Below, piece after piece: positions 11,501 to 26,640 of a stretch of 64,000 nucleotides of DNA. Both the position numbers and the translations under genes were made by a program. Origin of the DNA: Antedon mediterranea (Eukaryota; Animalia; Echinodermata). The stretch spans positions 16,758,871 to 16,822,870 of the forward strand of contig NC_092676.1 in assembly GCF_964355755.1 (NCBI RefSeq), in the 5' to 3' direction. A model generated the notes under the pieces. It was not told where the DNA came from and searched no databases. It worked only from the letters and a program-made list of their open reading frames with translations. Positions within the stretch are counted from its first letter, which is position 1, and each line of letters opens with the position of its first letter.

Positions 11501-14500
11501 AAGAGGTCTCTACACAAGAAGGATTAAAACTGTATACATACGGTTGGCATCTTCTGTTAATATGTTTTAATACAAATAGAGTAGTTATCTGGGAAATAAA
11601 TGTTGCAACAAATTTCAGGATCTAGTCAAGGTCCAGTCAGTATAATAAACATTGATCATGTTTTAATTCAAAATCAATATTAAAAATTGGCTTATTATAT
11701 TTTACCTTTTTCACTCACAAGATAGGAACATCTGAGTCTGCAAACATTGATTACTTAAAAAGCAGACTAAATGTACATTTAACAGAATTGTTCTTCTCTT
11801 TATCACAGGACTATACGGCAATGATGGAATTTTACCAATTAGAAATAAGTTTTTCCAACTTCAAGGAATGGATACGCCTGAAGAAGCTTTTTATAAGAAT
11901 CCCACAATACTCTGGCTTGTTTATCGCATTGGTTTAAACTTTCAAACAGGGTTTGATTTTGTTTGCCTTCTTGGAGTTCTCTGTTCATTCATCTGTATGG
12001 TGTCAAAAGTACTGCGAGACAGTTTTATGTTTGCTGCCCTCTGGTTTTTATACTACTCAATTTACAAGGTACAGATTCTCATAATTTTATTGAAATTTAT
12101 TAACTTCGCAGGTCGTTCTAGAATAATAATATTTCAACAATTTATAAGTAGGTGGATTTTTACTGTTGAAAAGAAGGGATATTTCTCCAATCTCAAAAGA
12201 GATGGAGTGAAGAGAAGCATTTTAATATGAATTTTAATCTTTTTGACAAATACTTTTTTTAATGTTGAAATTGATTTTTTCCAGTTTTTAAATATTCCAC
12301 ATTGTGGCCTTACACTACAATACAATTATAGACCCAAATTCAATATTATGGCACAGTTTCTTTTTAGTAACTTGTACTGGAGATTTGTATGGTTTCATAG
12401 GCTGTCATCCAGACATGACAACTAATATTTTATATATATCTTTTTATGTTTTCTTTAGGCTGGTCAGACATTTATGTGGTTCCAATGGGATATATTACTT
12501 TTAGAAGCAGGATTCCTGACAATTATTGTTGCACCTATTAACATCTTGAAATGGAAGGATCCGAAACCAAGGCAACACGATGCTATAACAATGTGGCTTG
12601 TGAAATGGCTGTTATTCAGACTGATGTTTGCCTCTGGTGTTGTGAAATTAACAAGTCAATGTCCAACCTGGTGGGGACTTACTGCCCTTGATTGGCATTA
12701 TGAATCACAGGTACAGACTTGTTAAAATTTTTATTAAACAAACCCTTGTACTTTACAAATAAAGATAAAACTCTCACCAAATATACAGTAAGGTACTAAT
12801 AATCCTATTACTATTTGCTTGTTCAAATTCAACAAACATTTATTTTGAATATCATATGGTCAATATCAATTCTGGTATTCCTAATGGTTAAGAAAAAGAC
12901 ATTTTAACCTCAGAACTCTGGTTTTAATACATTCAGTTTATTAAAACTGTTTTTTTATTTAACCTGTTCACTGCGTATACCTGGTACTACCGGGTATAAA
13001 CAGACGTCGTTGAAATACGTATACTCGGAAATACCATGATTTAATCATATTTGCCTCTAATATATAGCACCCTCTATATTTTTTCGATGAACTTGAATAT
13101 TTTTGCAAGTCATTAAAAAAATTTTCCAGCCAAAAAAACTGCCCTCTATAGTTTATTATCGTCTTGAAAATAATGCGCCTCTATAGTTATATTATATATA
13201 GTATACTGTAGTATATATAATAGTATTTTTATCTTGGAAAGTTGTTTTGAGTAGCGTAATGGCGGCCATTTTAAAACCAACACAAATTTACTAGCCCCAA
13301 AAGATCAACATGGTGTTTATCACAACATGCAAAAAAAAAAATTCTGAAACAATTTTGTACTACAGTATAGTGAATTTTTGGAAACTGTCATTATTTTCAC
13401 GATTTTGCCCCAAAACTTTGATTTGTGCATAATTTTTATAAAACAATAAAAATAATTCATTTTTTTTAAATATTTTTATTTGTTATACGTATCTTCATCA
13501 ATATCCATTTGGAAAAACGTATTCCATAAGAATTGCTTATAGAAAATATAGTTTTATCATTGATTCGATAAAAAACATGATATCCAAAATACCTGTAATG
13601 ACATGACGTCATCAATATGCAAATTACTTTTTTTTTATACCGAACTGTAGACTAACCCTCTGCCTATCACACATCATAAAAATAATTACACAATTATCTC
13701 AATTAGTATTTTTTTGCAATTTGTTAAAATGTCATATGTTTTTCTTAAATATATATTACGCACAGAGGAGGAATAATGCTCCGCAGTGAATGTTTTTCTA
13801 TCAATTCTGGTATTCCTAATGGTTAAAAAAAAAGACATTTTAAACTCAGAACTCTGGTTTTAATACATTCAGTTTATTACAACTGTTTTTTTATTTAAAT
13901 CAGATTTTTATTTCCACTATATGTTTATGTTGATAGATGTAACTTTGTTCTTTTAATCAAAGTAAAAACCATGTCATTGTCAATTAATTGCAATAATATT
14001 TGCTTTTCTTAAAGTGTATTCCGACACCTTTGGCTTGGTACATGCATCACTTACCCCAATGGTTCAATGCTCTCAGTACTGCTGCCGTCTATGTCATTGA
14101 GATTGTTCTGCCATTTTTGTTCTTTTCACCAATAAGAAACCTTCGAATTTTCTCAGCACTTATGCAGGTATGGAGTTTACTGTGTATGTATATCTAATTC
14201 TGTACTTTTGTGACACAATGTAAACACCATCCTAGTTTTTAATTTTATATTACTTTTACATACTGTACACAACATTCACTAATCTAAAGTGACTGAAACT
14301 AAACCTTACTTATTAGAAGAACCATCAGATGAATACCAACATTTTATTCACACTAAATTTTTAATTGAGGTTTTTGATAAAATTTCCATAAAAACAAAAA
14401 CAGGTTCAATATAAGTGAGCCTTATGGACTAAAGTGAAAGTTTTTAATTGGATTTTCTGACTTTGCTGTTATTGATGAATGCAGCTAGTGGAGTTTTCGA

Positions 14501-17500
14501 GACAGTATGAGTACTTTTGTGGTGTTTCTCATCATACAGTTAGTTTGTGATAGAAACAGTACAGTATGTCCTCTACACCCACCCTTTTAATTTAATAATT
14601 CATTATTTAACCATGATTAACTATTTATAGAAAATAGTGTAGTTTGTCTGTCACGTCAGCTTTATTTATTTGATACATTGTTTTATTTCAGATAAAGTTG
14701 ATGACTTTAATTTTCCTAACTGGAAATTATAATTTTTTCAACATTCTGACTGTTGTGTTAACTATTTCACTATTGGATGATAAATTCTTTTCAAAAGAGC
14801 AACATAAGAAGACAAAGATAGGTACCAATTTTTGTTTTCTCTTGTAAATTTTCTACTTTTAAAGCCATTTTTGTTGGAGTATTTTATACAGTTTACTATC
14901 AGAGAGGGCATGTACATGACATCATGTATGTAAATTATAGTATTATTATTAATAATGAACACAGAGCCAGGTTGCAGACACAGGTATACTTGGTTGACTT
15001 GTATTCTTTGTTTAAACATAATATATTGTCCTCCTACAGAATAAAATAATATTTGCAAAGAATATATTATTATATTCAGACTCTTGGTAAACCAATATTT
15101 GATACTATAGTAGAACGTCTAATTCCTGAACGTTACCTGGCATGGTACTACAGTATTAATATTCCTAATAACAATCATGAATAGTAATAGGTACGCACTT
15201 GTCTGGCACTGTCTCTTTGTGCAAATCGTTTGACATTATAACTCTATAAAGTTGGCCAGCTCATGCATCGATATCTGGGTCATGCTATATCCAGACCAAA
15301 ATGTGTAGTTATTTTTCAAGTGGTTTTTCCCTTTTTTATTCACAACTATAATATTATGTATACAACAAGTCTGTTCCCCACTTGACCTTGTGAATTTGGC
15401 GAAATATGGAAGTATTTTTTAAAAAAGTAATACTAATTTAGTAGGTTGAATATTCCTAAAGACACCATTAAGAAAAGACATTCAAAAATTAGGTACCGTG
15501 CCATCCTTAATATTTATCATGAAAATAGTAATATTGACAAAGTATTTTGAATTGTCATCTTATTCTGTCAAAATACAATCATATTTTCTCTGGAAGACAA
15601 CCTAAATTAATGTCAATGTTTTTTCTGGCATATTTATGCTGTATCAAAGTCATCGTAAATGTGAATATAAACAAATATAAAATAGTTGTTGATAGAATAG
15701 ATAACATTTTTTTTTGCAGTTAGACATATGCTGGCTGTTATTGGAAAACGATGCTGATTATAGAAAAGCATGTATTAGACATTATCATGATGAATTGGTT
15801 ATCATTGTAGGCAATTTTTCTAGAAAATACATTTGTAGTTGTTCAAAATGTTGATGACTATTCAGAGATGCATCGTATTGTGCAATGTTTTACAATATAC
15901 CAATAAAAAAGTAATGCATTTTATAGCATCCATAATCATAATCATCCACATAACATTGTAGTAATACCAAAAAAAAACCATTTCTTTTTCCAGTTAAAAA
16001 TGAGCTAACCAGGATTTTATCATTATGCGTTTCTTCTGTTGTGTATATTGCAATACTATATGCAAGTATTTATTATTTTGATGTAAAAATTAACTCAACA
16101 AACTTCTCAATTAAAAGTCGAATCAGTAAGTAAATATTACACTTTTTGTTTTATAAGATTTAGATAATATTACATACTGTATATTTAGTTTTGAAATTTA
16201 TAAAATAATTTTCTTGATTGTTTAAATCAAAATTAACTGAGAACATAATATATACACATCAAATAGATTGGCATTTTATGTGTTGTTTCTAGTTCTATTT
16301 GTGTTTTCCATTGCTTTGTTGAAAACAAAGAGTAACAAGGAATCTGCCCTTCCAATTTGTATAAAATGTTTACAATAATATATTGTAGCACTAGTTTATC
16401 TCCATATCTGGGCTTTACAAAATGAATAATACACTTCAAAGTTAATGCATTATGTTTACTTCGATGAGACTGATATAAAATACATTTATATTTTTACAAC
16501 ATGATGTGGTCAAAACTATCAATGGTTATGATTTTTTTAATGCATACTGTACAAAAAACGTTATTCTCTTTTTTAAAAATAGATTTTACAGAAGCGACAT
16601 TCTTTAAATGGTTAAAAGGAATTATGCCATTTACCATACACTTAGCTGTGGTCTCTCTAATATCAGAAATAGTAGCAGCTCTATACAGGTACGTTAAGAA
16701 ACTATTCATGGTAATATTTACCATTAACCCTTGCCTTCTGGAATTGTCATACATAATTACATTTTTTTTCTTTTTTAATGAGATTATACATTTAATGTAG
16801 TTTGTCTAAAAATGGTTTACATTTATTTTGCATTTTCGTGTATTACACAAATGTATAAATGTCAATAAACCGTCCTTATAAAATAATTATTTATTTATCT
16901 GAATCTAAAATTTATATTCAACTAGGTCCCCACTATACCCACGGATCCACCCTGGTTTCTTAAACTTTGACATTCTTTTCAAGATTAGAAATAGAAGATA
17001 ATTTGACTTCAAAAAGTTTTTATTTGCAGAGTTAAACATTTACTTAAATTAAAAAAGTAATGTTCATAGTGAACTTTAAACCCGGAAGAAAGATGTTAAT
17101 TACTTTTTATTATCAAATCGTGTTACAGTAAACTTTAATTTCTAATATACACAGTATAAATATAGTTCTCTTTTCCACACAATCAATAACTATAATACAA
17201 AATTTCTAATTGTTGATTATGTATAAATACAATTTAATGTCTGGAATTTTTTCCGTAAATGTCTTTTTCGACAATACCTTTTATTAGTGTATAACAGTAA
17301 ATTATAATTTCTATAATATAATAATATAAACTGAAAATCAATAACTATGGAATATAACATTTAATTGGTATAGAAAGATACACTTAACATCTTCATCTGT
17401 TAGTATGCTATTAAGGCATTAAGAATAAAGATAATATTGATTATTTTAACTACAACAGAACCCCTCTTAGAGGGACACCTTTAGGACCAAACAAAATGTC

Positions 17501-20500
17501 TGGCTACAATAATAATAAATACTGTAAGTACAGTTAAAGCAGTGTGCAATAAAGTGTAATATTATATAGCCTATATTTATATGTAAACGTGATTGGTCAA
17601 AATGGCATCACATGACTACCGTTGCAAGGAACATCAACGTTATAGAATAAAATTGCTTATGATACTTCATGATATCAATTTCTTGTTACAGGTGTATAAT
17701 TCATGAAAAATCTTTAGTAGCTAAGATATGGTCAACAATTCAATGTGTGCTCATCTCAGCTGTGGCAATTTATATGTTTACAATAAGTTTAGTAAGTTAG
17801 CTGTTTGTTCTTGAATCTATATTCATTTACATTCATTCAACAACAATAACTGGAAGTAGATGCGAAAACATTTCCAAAATAATACATATGATACATAAAA
17901 AAAATGATATACAACAAACAAACAAAAAATATACAATTTAATATTAGCACATCAAACATATGTGTGTTTAGATGATTAAAGGAAACATACAGATTTTTGA
18001 AATATAATAAAGTTTTATTTTTATAGAGAGATTAATCCATACAGTATTTTAGAGCCAGTTATTGAAACATTATTTCTAAAGCTCTGTCTACACTATTAAA
18101 CTTTATGTGACAAAAAAATGTGATGTGGGCATATAGACATGATGATGTCATATCACTACTATATTTGGGTATATCACTACCATATTTGGACATACCTTTT
18201 TTGTCAAACTAGTCTGATTGTGTAGACAGTTAATCTTGTAAAAGAAACATTAAAGTAACATTATATTCATTTAGTACTTAAAATTACTTTTTATAACATA
18301 CAGTGAGGAATAATATGCCTGAATTGAACATTCCTCATCAGTTCTGATTGTTTGCACCAACAGGATTTAATCTTATTTTGTGTCAAAACATAAACTTTAC
18401 TCTTAAATCAATGCTCTTTTCTTATCCATTTAAAAAACACCATACAGTAAATCTTTCGCCATCTAGGGTACCGTTATCTTTTGCTCTGGCTGCTAAAGTT
18501 TTGGTATTGAGAAGATCGGGGCTCCACTCTACTGATAAGTTTTAGTCTTCAACTTTCTTATATTCTCTAGTCGAAAGATCTGTCTACACTATCAAACTAG
18601 TTTGATGGTGTGTGAAGTGTGATGTACCAAAATGTTGTAGTGATATGCCCAAATATGATTGTGAAATGACATCATCATATCTATATATGGGCACATCACA
18701 TTTTTTTGTCATCACATTTTGTTGTTGTCACATAAAGTTTGATAGTGTAGATAGAGCTTTAATATACTGTTCGACCATGCAACTGACTAAGAACATCATT
18801 GGTATAAGCTGATTTAGCGTACCGTAGCTGAATTATGGATTACATTATAACATAAATCTTTTAATATCCCATTGTTTTTTTTAACCTTATCATTGGTTTG
18901 AAACCAGCTTCTACTTGCCGTCCATCAGTGCCAATCTCTCAAGCAATTCAAGTCACTTCTAAATTCTCAAAGGTTTCAATAATTGTTGTATTGTACCACT
19001 GGGACAATCAGTAAACAGCACTTTATAAACTTTTACTTGTATTGTTATTATTATTAAATACCATGCATTACAGAATCATTGTCCTTTCATAGTATTTTTA
19101 TTTTCAAATTGAGACTGCCAGTCTGTCATAATCATGTGTTGTAATTTAACGTAAATATAATTGTTTGATTTGATCTCTAGGTTCCACATACAGCAGTTGA
19201 GAACACAGCTCGTAACAATCTTTGGCCAGTAGTATCCGAGTGGCATCAGAAGACAGATTATCTACAAATTACAAACAGTTACGGATTGTTTCGACGGATG
19301 ACTGGCGTTGGAGGAAGACCAGAGATTATTATAGAAGGCAGTAATCATGAATTTAAAGGCTGGAAAGTAAATATGATGATAGAGAGAAGTTTTGTGTTAA
19401 AGACACTATCCCTACTATTTTTGACGTTTTGTAAAAATGATGCAGTAATTTAAAAACATTAAACCAGGTCATTATTTGTCTTAAATGTACCCTTTATGGT
19501 AAATTATGATAAAAAGAGAGAAAAAATGCAAAGTAGTTTACATTGAGTTTCCTCTTGTGGACTATCTTTAGGCCTAACCTAGCTAGTTTTCTTTATTTCC
19601 TGTAGGCATATGAATTCCATTATAAACCTGGAAACCTAAGTGTTGCACCACCATTTGTTGGTAAGGAGAATTGATACTTTCTGAATAATAATAGTAAAAT
19701 GATGGATATGCAATAGACGTTATAATCGACGCTAAATATTGCGATTATTGAAACTTTACAAATAATTAGTTATCCGCACATTGGTTAACTTAGTCAACAT
19801 ATCGACATTTATGTGAAGTTGTGCACCTCATGTTTTTAAATGACATCAGAGTTGCTCAACTTGACTTTATTTCAGTAATTTATCATAGATTAAAAACCAA
19901 GTAATTTTATATTGACACTTTATTTCATAATAAAGGTCAACTTTCTATGGATTAAAAATTGTGTTTCACAAAAAGTGCATTTAAAATGTTAAAATCCAAA
20001 AAATGTTTACATTTCAGGAAATGTTGAGCATTTCTAAATTTTACAATTTGTTTGCGTTACCCACACTTATTCCTGCGTAAAGCACCTAAGTGGCATAGAA
20101 ACACCATTTTTGCAATTAATTTCTGTTCGGTATACCTTTTAATAGATTTAATTTATTTTTATAAAGTTTAAATGCAAAATAACAGCACACATGCACATTA
20201 CACTTTAAAAATCGTGCACATAAAAATAGCTAATTTAATGCACATTTATGAAAAAACATGCCTATTTTGAATCCTTAAGATGGATTATGACCACCTGTTT
20301 TTTTTTTACATATTATGGAAGCCAATGTGTTGTAAATATGAATTCATGTAACATTTTTGGTTGAGACATCGTATGGCCACTCAAATATTTTAAATAGGGT
20401 TATTTCTCTTCTGTGCTCAATTAAGACAACCTTAATCCACAACCGTATGGCAAATGTTTGAGACTCTTGCTCCATTGTTTTGGTGTTAGAATGAGTAAAT

Positions 20501-23500
20501 CGTATGTCCTGTGTGTCACGAAATGCTCATGTGTACTTTAAAGAACTTTAATAGTACATCTTTTGATACGAGTAGGGGGTTACCCCGGTGAACTATACAG
20601 CCATTGTAATGCATCAATGAAATTGTTTGTGGAATGCGTGTAATACATTAACATAAAAAAATAATGTGACGCACATACAGAATTTGTTAAAGATACTGAA
20701 TGAAAAGAATGCAAGATACAATACAGAATCAGTTTAAATGAAGTTTTAATGAAATGCTATTTTCCATTGATCTAATGGCTTGCATGACATGATTTCAACA
20801 CTGGAAAATGATACAAATTCTCTCAAATTTAAATCGATACACTATAATTCATTTAATGTGGTATGTTTTATGGCAATTCATTACAGATAATGTTACCTTT
20901 TATGTTCATACTCAATGTCCCTAAAAAAGCAAACGTACTATATAAATATATGTTATATACAACTTATATTATAATAATCATAATAAAAATTATTATAATG
21001 GGAGAAAGATATCAAATAATCAAAACTAATTTTAATGGTATTTCGCGAGTATATCTAATTTCAATTTACAGTGGATAATTTCATTATATTCGTCGCTATG
21101 CAACTTAGGCAATTTCATTTTCTCGTTAGATTTTTTTTTAAAAAGAATAAAAAAATAAATTAATATACCTGTATAAACAACTAGAATAAATGCCCAACCC
21201 CAGAACCTGTACCTCTGTCCACTTGTTATCATGTTGATATCCTCTCCCAACCAACCTACAACCCCTCCAAGATAGTTTTCAAATGTAATTTAAAACATTC
21301 CCAGAACAATTACGTTTATTTTGATACCACATGGGTATAATATTAAACATTGTTCTTATATTGCGCTTCATATTATACGCCGTTACCCATTTGTACACCT
21401 GAGCTAAGAAAGGCGAACATAAGTAAAATGTCATGCCTACAGTAAAGGATACAAGCAATGTGATGAGGAATAAACTCAAAATCCCGATCTTGTGATTAGA
21501 AGTCGAACGTCCATCATACTGCACCAAAGGTTTTTAATGTTTTCGTAGGAAAAAATTAAGCAAAAATGTATTTAAATAAAAAGATGGCTATTGTAGATTT
21601 CAAATGGATGTCTTTTGTAGATTTTAAATAGATGCCTATTGTATATTTCAAATGAATGCCTATTGCAGATTTTAAATAAGCGTGCTTGTGTTTTTAGGGC
21701 TTTTTGAAAAATTGTGTATAAATTAGAAACTGAAGCTAAATTGAGCTATGGAATTAAATAGCAATTGCATTATTTGAAAATGTACACAAGTTAATATTGA
21801 TTTGGTATAACAAAAATATTTTTTCCTTTTATGTCAACCTGTTATTGTACTGCTAATAAAACATCAGGGAGCTATTAATCTAAAATGATGTAAAGAATTA
21901 CAATTTTTCATTTGACATCACAATATGTTTGCAACAATTGAACAAAAGGCAACTATGGACATATTAAATATATTGATAAATGCATTTTTTCAATGATTTT
22001 AATACAGTATTTTATATTACAGTTTGTTATAAATACAGATAATGATAATTTACCTTTACAAAATGTATTTATAACTCTTCTGAAATTCATAAAACGTTTA
22101 AGGAGAGAAAAACAAAATATGACAAATTAGATCATTAGGAAGTTTTTTAAGCCTATTTTCCACTATGCATGCAGATTAATGTTTTCATCTTACAAACCTT
22201 CTCTGTGACAAATTCTACAGTTTTTTCTACTTTTTGCGAAGCTAAAACAAATCGCAACCAAACAGAACTTAGGAAATAAAGTATGAAGCGTTCATGAGCA
22301 CTCATGTAAAACAAAACGCTCATCAGACACGCGATGGAAATGAAAATCGCAGCTATTTGTTGAAAAGGGTATCACAAATTTGTTTTCTGCGCTAAACAAA
22401 TTTGATGTGTGGAAAACAGGCTTTAGGGGCTTACTGTCAAACCAATAGTCGTAGGTTAAATTTAACCTCCATAGCCCTTATCTCTACGCACTGTACTCTA
22501 ACTTTCTAGTACTTCTAATTTATATTTTCTAGCTCCACACCAGCCTCGACTGGATTGGCAAATGTGGTTTGCTTCTCTTGGTAGCTATAACTACAATCCA
22601 TGGTTCTTGAATCTCGTCTACCGACTATTACAAGGGAAGCCTGAAGGTAAAATTCATATCTATATTTTTATCTCAATTGGTCCATGTAAACTTATCTGGA
22701 AACGAAATCTTCTAATGTTTCCTTTATTGAAAGAAGAAAAGAAAATATTTTATTTGGTTTTTATTACATTGATAAAGGTATGAAATCAACTATAAGCGAA
22801 CTTATACTTGGCGGTCTTATTTTATTAACTGTATTGTAACAGCAACTTCCTCAGTTAATTAACCACACAGTGGGAGGGTTAATACAAAGATGTAGATGGA
22901 GAAAAGATATGCAAATTTCCTTGATTTCTAATATTTTTATAATTTTTGTGAATAAGCCACACTCCTAACACCAAATATGGTCCAATTGAGAAGGCAGCTC
23001 TTCCTGATGATGCTAAATATGTACTATGATAGTTTACACCCATGTGGCCATTTTAAATATAAACATTGAGGATTATGCCAGGCTGGGTCATGAATGTTTT
23101 TTACCTATAGTCAACTGAATGTTGCTGCTACGGTTTATGTTTTGAATATCATGTGTAAATTCTAGTAATTAGTGTGGAATGCGTATTTCTGGATAACAAG
23201 GAACGCTATACTGCACAGACCCATTCTCTCAATGGATCAGCTTTATAAATGCAATATCTTTTCAAGTAATTTAAGAAATTTTGTTATTAAATCAAATATT
23301 CCTTGATAAATTACTTGATTCAATTTATATTTGTTTCAATCATAGCTGTACTCTTAATTTCAATGTTAAATTTTTCTATTCAAGCATATATCCTTAAATA
23401 CAATAATTAATTTATTCAATCCTAAAGTTATAGTTGATTTCAATAAACTATTTTGCATTGCATTATGAGAAAATAGTTTACTTAACAGTTTCTATTTTAG

Positions 23501-25754
23501 GCAAAAACTAATAAAACAAAAATTGCTTTTTTCACTTATAGTTATGAATCTAATTGGACAATCACCATTTCCAGATAAGCCACCAAAATATATCCGTGCC
23601 AAACGCTACACATATCATTACACTCCCTACAAGTAAGTAATATTGTTTGAACTTTCATTTGCACTGAAAAAGTGTTATTGTTGTCCCATATTTTCTTTTT
23701 CTGCAATGTTTTTTTAATTTCTAGGCTACATTCTTCTAATCTATCTCATAAAATTTTAATTCTACATTCTTCTGTTCTATCACATGATTCCTTGTTTCAA
23801 TGCTACATTCGTCAATCTCATACTTATTTGTTTTAATGTTTTATTTCGATTCTAGAAATTCTTTTCTTTCAATGCTTATTTACTGTATTCCTAATTCCAA
23901 TGTTGTTTCTCTTTATCTTGTAGTATGAGGTTCCATCTATAGTATCTTAACATTTTTAGTAATATTCAAAGGTTATTGTTTCATAAGCTGTAATTGTAAG
24001 CTTTCAAGGATTATTAAAAAAAAAGAATATTAAAAAGCATAATGGAGTGCCATCCTTGACTGTACAAAAGCCATTGTACTCATAACAGCCGCAAATTCTA
24101 AGGAGCCTTCCATAAGCGTTTCATTTTAATGAATGTCTTTAGAAATGTAAGCATACTTTACAAAGCTTGGTAAATAATAAAAGAAATTTAACCTTATAAG
24201 TCCATACTAATGTCTACAGTAGTCTCATATGACTTGTTTTTAAAATACAGTAGAAGCCTTATTTAGGGACCTAACATTTTGTCCTCTCAATAAGAGTTTT
24301 CGTGAAAAAAAAACCAAATGAATTATACCAAATTGAACAGTAAGGGTGACACTAACAAAAACTGTAATTGTCTCCTTAATTGGGGTTTTCGTGAAAAAAA
24401 AAACAAAATGAATTATACCAAATTGAACAATAAGGGGTACTGACACTAACAAAAAACTGTAATTGTCCCCTTAATAGGAAAAATGAACAGGACTCAAGAA
24501 ATTAAGAATAATTGAACATTTAAAAAATGAAAACTGTCAAACCAGAGAAAGTATCATAATTATTATCATATAATTATTTATGACATCTGTAATAATGGTG
24601 ATATTAAATTAATATAATTATTTGGTCTTTTTATTGTTTTTGTGAACAAAAATATTGTCCTCTTATTGGGGGTTCAATCAATCATTTGGCACACTACAAA
24701 AGTGTCCCCTAAGTAGAGGTTGGCCATAGTGTTAAAACATAATTATATATTCCCCTTGTTTGGCGGGGAAAAGGGTTCCCTCAATAAAACAAATTATAAT
24801 AGAACTCCATTTTTTGGGACACCCATATTCAGGGGACATTCCAAAGAAGGATTCTACCTTTTGTTTAGTAATATTACATTTTAAAAGTATAATGTTACTT
24901 GTTTTAAACCAATAAGACATCCTTACCAGAGTTTAAAAATATATATTTATGTACTACAAATGTACTGTGTAGTGAGAAACATAATTAGAGAAAAAATACA
25001 CTCTACACAATCTGGTATCGCAAAACAATGTGTTAAATGTGTCAATTTTAAATGCTTTCTCATTCAGTTCAAGTAAAAAAGATTGGTGGACAAGGGAAAA
25101 CGAAGAGGAATATCTTCCCATAGTTCATTTAGAAATGAAACAGTTCACAGATATTCTTACACAAACTGGATTAATTCAGGTACTGCATTAAAAGCATAAT
25201 TTATTAGCCAAAGTTATTGACAGTATTTCATCATAATCTTTAAGACACAGCAAAATACACACTGAAATCAGTGTTGATGCCAACAATCTGAAATATCACC
25301 ATGGTAGAACAAATTCTTTATTTACAACACAATAACTGTTTCATATTTTGAGAAACGTCTGTAAGTTTCGTATAATAAACTCTAAAGAACAATTCACAAA
25401 ATATTTAATAGAAACGAAATGCATTTATTTTAACTATTTTATAGCTTGTGTTTATCTTATTGTGTGACTTTACTTTTAAAATCTGATGTGGTCATATATG
25501 GACACGATGATGCCACATTAGTTTGACAGTGTAAACATAGCTTTATCCACTTATATAAACGTTTGTCTTACTATATATTATTTATATTGGTGTTTTTTTT
25601 TCAGGAGGACGTTAGTAGACCATTAGATAGTGGAAATGACAACATATTTCTGGTGAAATTATTATCTGTTACAAGAACGTATGTGGAGAAATTGAGCGCG
25701 TCATTGTTTGTAAATTCGTTGGTTGTTACAGGGGTGTGCCTAAACTTCTTGTAA
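8532..25754 (+). CDS. LMF2: Lipase maturation factor 2 (~644 aa, 14 exons: 8532-8625, 11809-12068, 12459-12710, 14015-14167, 14692-14821, 15994-16125, 16583-16688, 17692-17791, 19181-19366, 19606-19660, 22533-22646, 23541-23631, 25068-25179, 25605-25754)
   Basis: Family motifs [119 protein letters not shown]...[14 protein letters not shown]. All introns are GT-AG and the exon lengths sum to 1935 nt in frame. Confidence 0.96.
11070..11445 (+). mobile_element. Interspersed repeat (probable DNA-transposon fragment)
   Basis: Closely similar inverted copy at 46325-46695. Confidence 0.7.
12960..13795. mobile_element. Non-autonomous TIR element (TTAA/piggyBac-like) in LMF2 intron 3
   Basis: Left end ttaa-acctgttcactgcg, right end cgcagtgaatgttt; flanked by a ~95-bp direct duplication (12865-12961 = 13799-13898). 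Confidence 0.6.
18079..18759. mobile_element. Two oppositely oriented copies of a ~160-180 bp MITE (18079-18230, 18578-18759)
   Basis: TIR agctctgtctacactatcaaact...agtttgatagtgtagatagagct with TAA/TTA flanks; a remnant also at ~25484-25543. Confidence 0.75.
20500..20600 (+). mobile_element. Deu-domain-type SINE fragment
   Basis: gtgtactttaaagaac...gagtagggggttaccccggtgaact matches 56346-56405. Confidence 0.65.
22150..22422. mobile_element. MITE (Harbinger-like)
   Basis: Imperfect TIR agcctattttccac...gtggaaaacaggct with TWA flanks. Confidence 0.55.
24246..24722. mobile_element. Degenerate MITE-like element with an internal ~88-bp tandem duplication
   Basis: cagtagaagccttatttagggac...gtcccctaagtagaggtt ends; 24296-24382 is repeated at 24385-24475. 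Confidence 0.5.
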
Positions 25755-25839
25755 TATCGATTGTTGACATTTAATGTAATAAAGGTTACAATGGTTGTTG
25801 TATTTTTTTTTTGATTCATTGTTTAAATGATTTTATTAT

Positions 25840-26640
25840 TGGCACGCCATCGTTATCACGGTTAACGTAATGATCAACTTCTATTTAACGGTAGCACGTC
25901 ATCGTTATCACGGTCGACGTAATGATCAACTTATATTTAACAGTAGCACATCATCGTTATCATGGTCGACGTAATGATCAACTTGTATTTAACGGTAGCA
26001 CGCCATCGTTATCATGGTCGACGTAATGATCAACTTGTATTTAACGGTAGCACGCCATCGTTATCATGGTCGACGTAATGATCATCTTGTATTTAACGGT
26101 AGCACGCCATCGTTATCATGGTCGACGTAATGATCAACTTGTATTTAACGGTAGCACGCCATCGTTATCATGGTTGACGTAATGATCAACTTGTATTTAA
26201 CGGTAGCACATCGTTATCATGGTCGACGTAATGATCAACTTGTATTTAACGGTAGCACGTCATCGTTATCATGGTCGACGTAATGATCAACTTCTATTTT
26301 ACGGTAGAACGTCATCGTTATCATGGTCGACGTAATGATCAACTTGTATTTAACAGTAGGACGCCATCGTTATCATGGTCGACGTAATGATCAACTTGTA
26401 TTTAACGGTAGCACATCATCGTTATCATTGTCGACGTAATGATCAACTTGTATTTAACGGTAGCACGCCATCGTTATCATGTTCGACGTAATGATCAACT
26501 TGTATTTAACGGTAGCACGCCATCGTTATCATGGTCGACGTAATGATCAACTTCTATTTAACGGTAGCACGTCATCGTTGTCACGGTCGACGTAATGATC
26601 AACCTCTATTTTACCGGTAGCACGTTATCACGGTCGATAT
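25840..26640. repeat. 52-bp minisatellite, ~15 copies
   Basis: Unit ggtagcacgccatcgttatcatggtcgacgtaatgatcaacttgtatttaac repeated head-to-tail with point variants. Confidence 0.97.

Noticed and set aside
25840-26640. CRISPR-like regular array
   Set aside because: The units are contiguous with no unique spacers, there are no cas genes, and the context is eukaryotic; it is a minisatellite.
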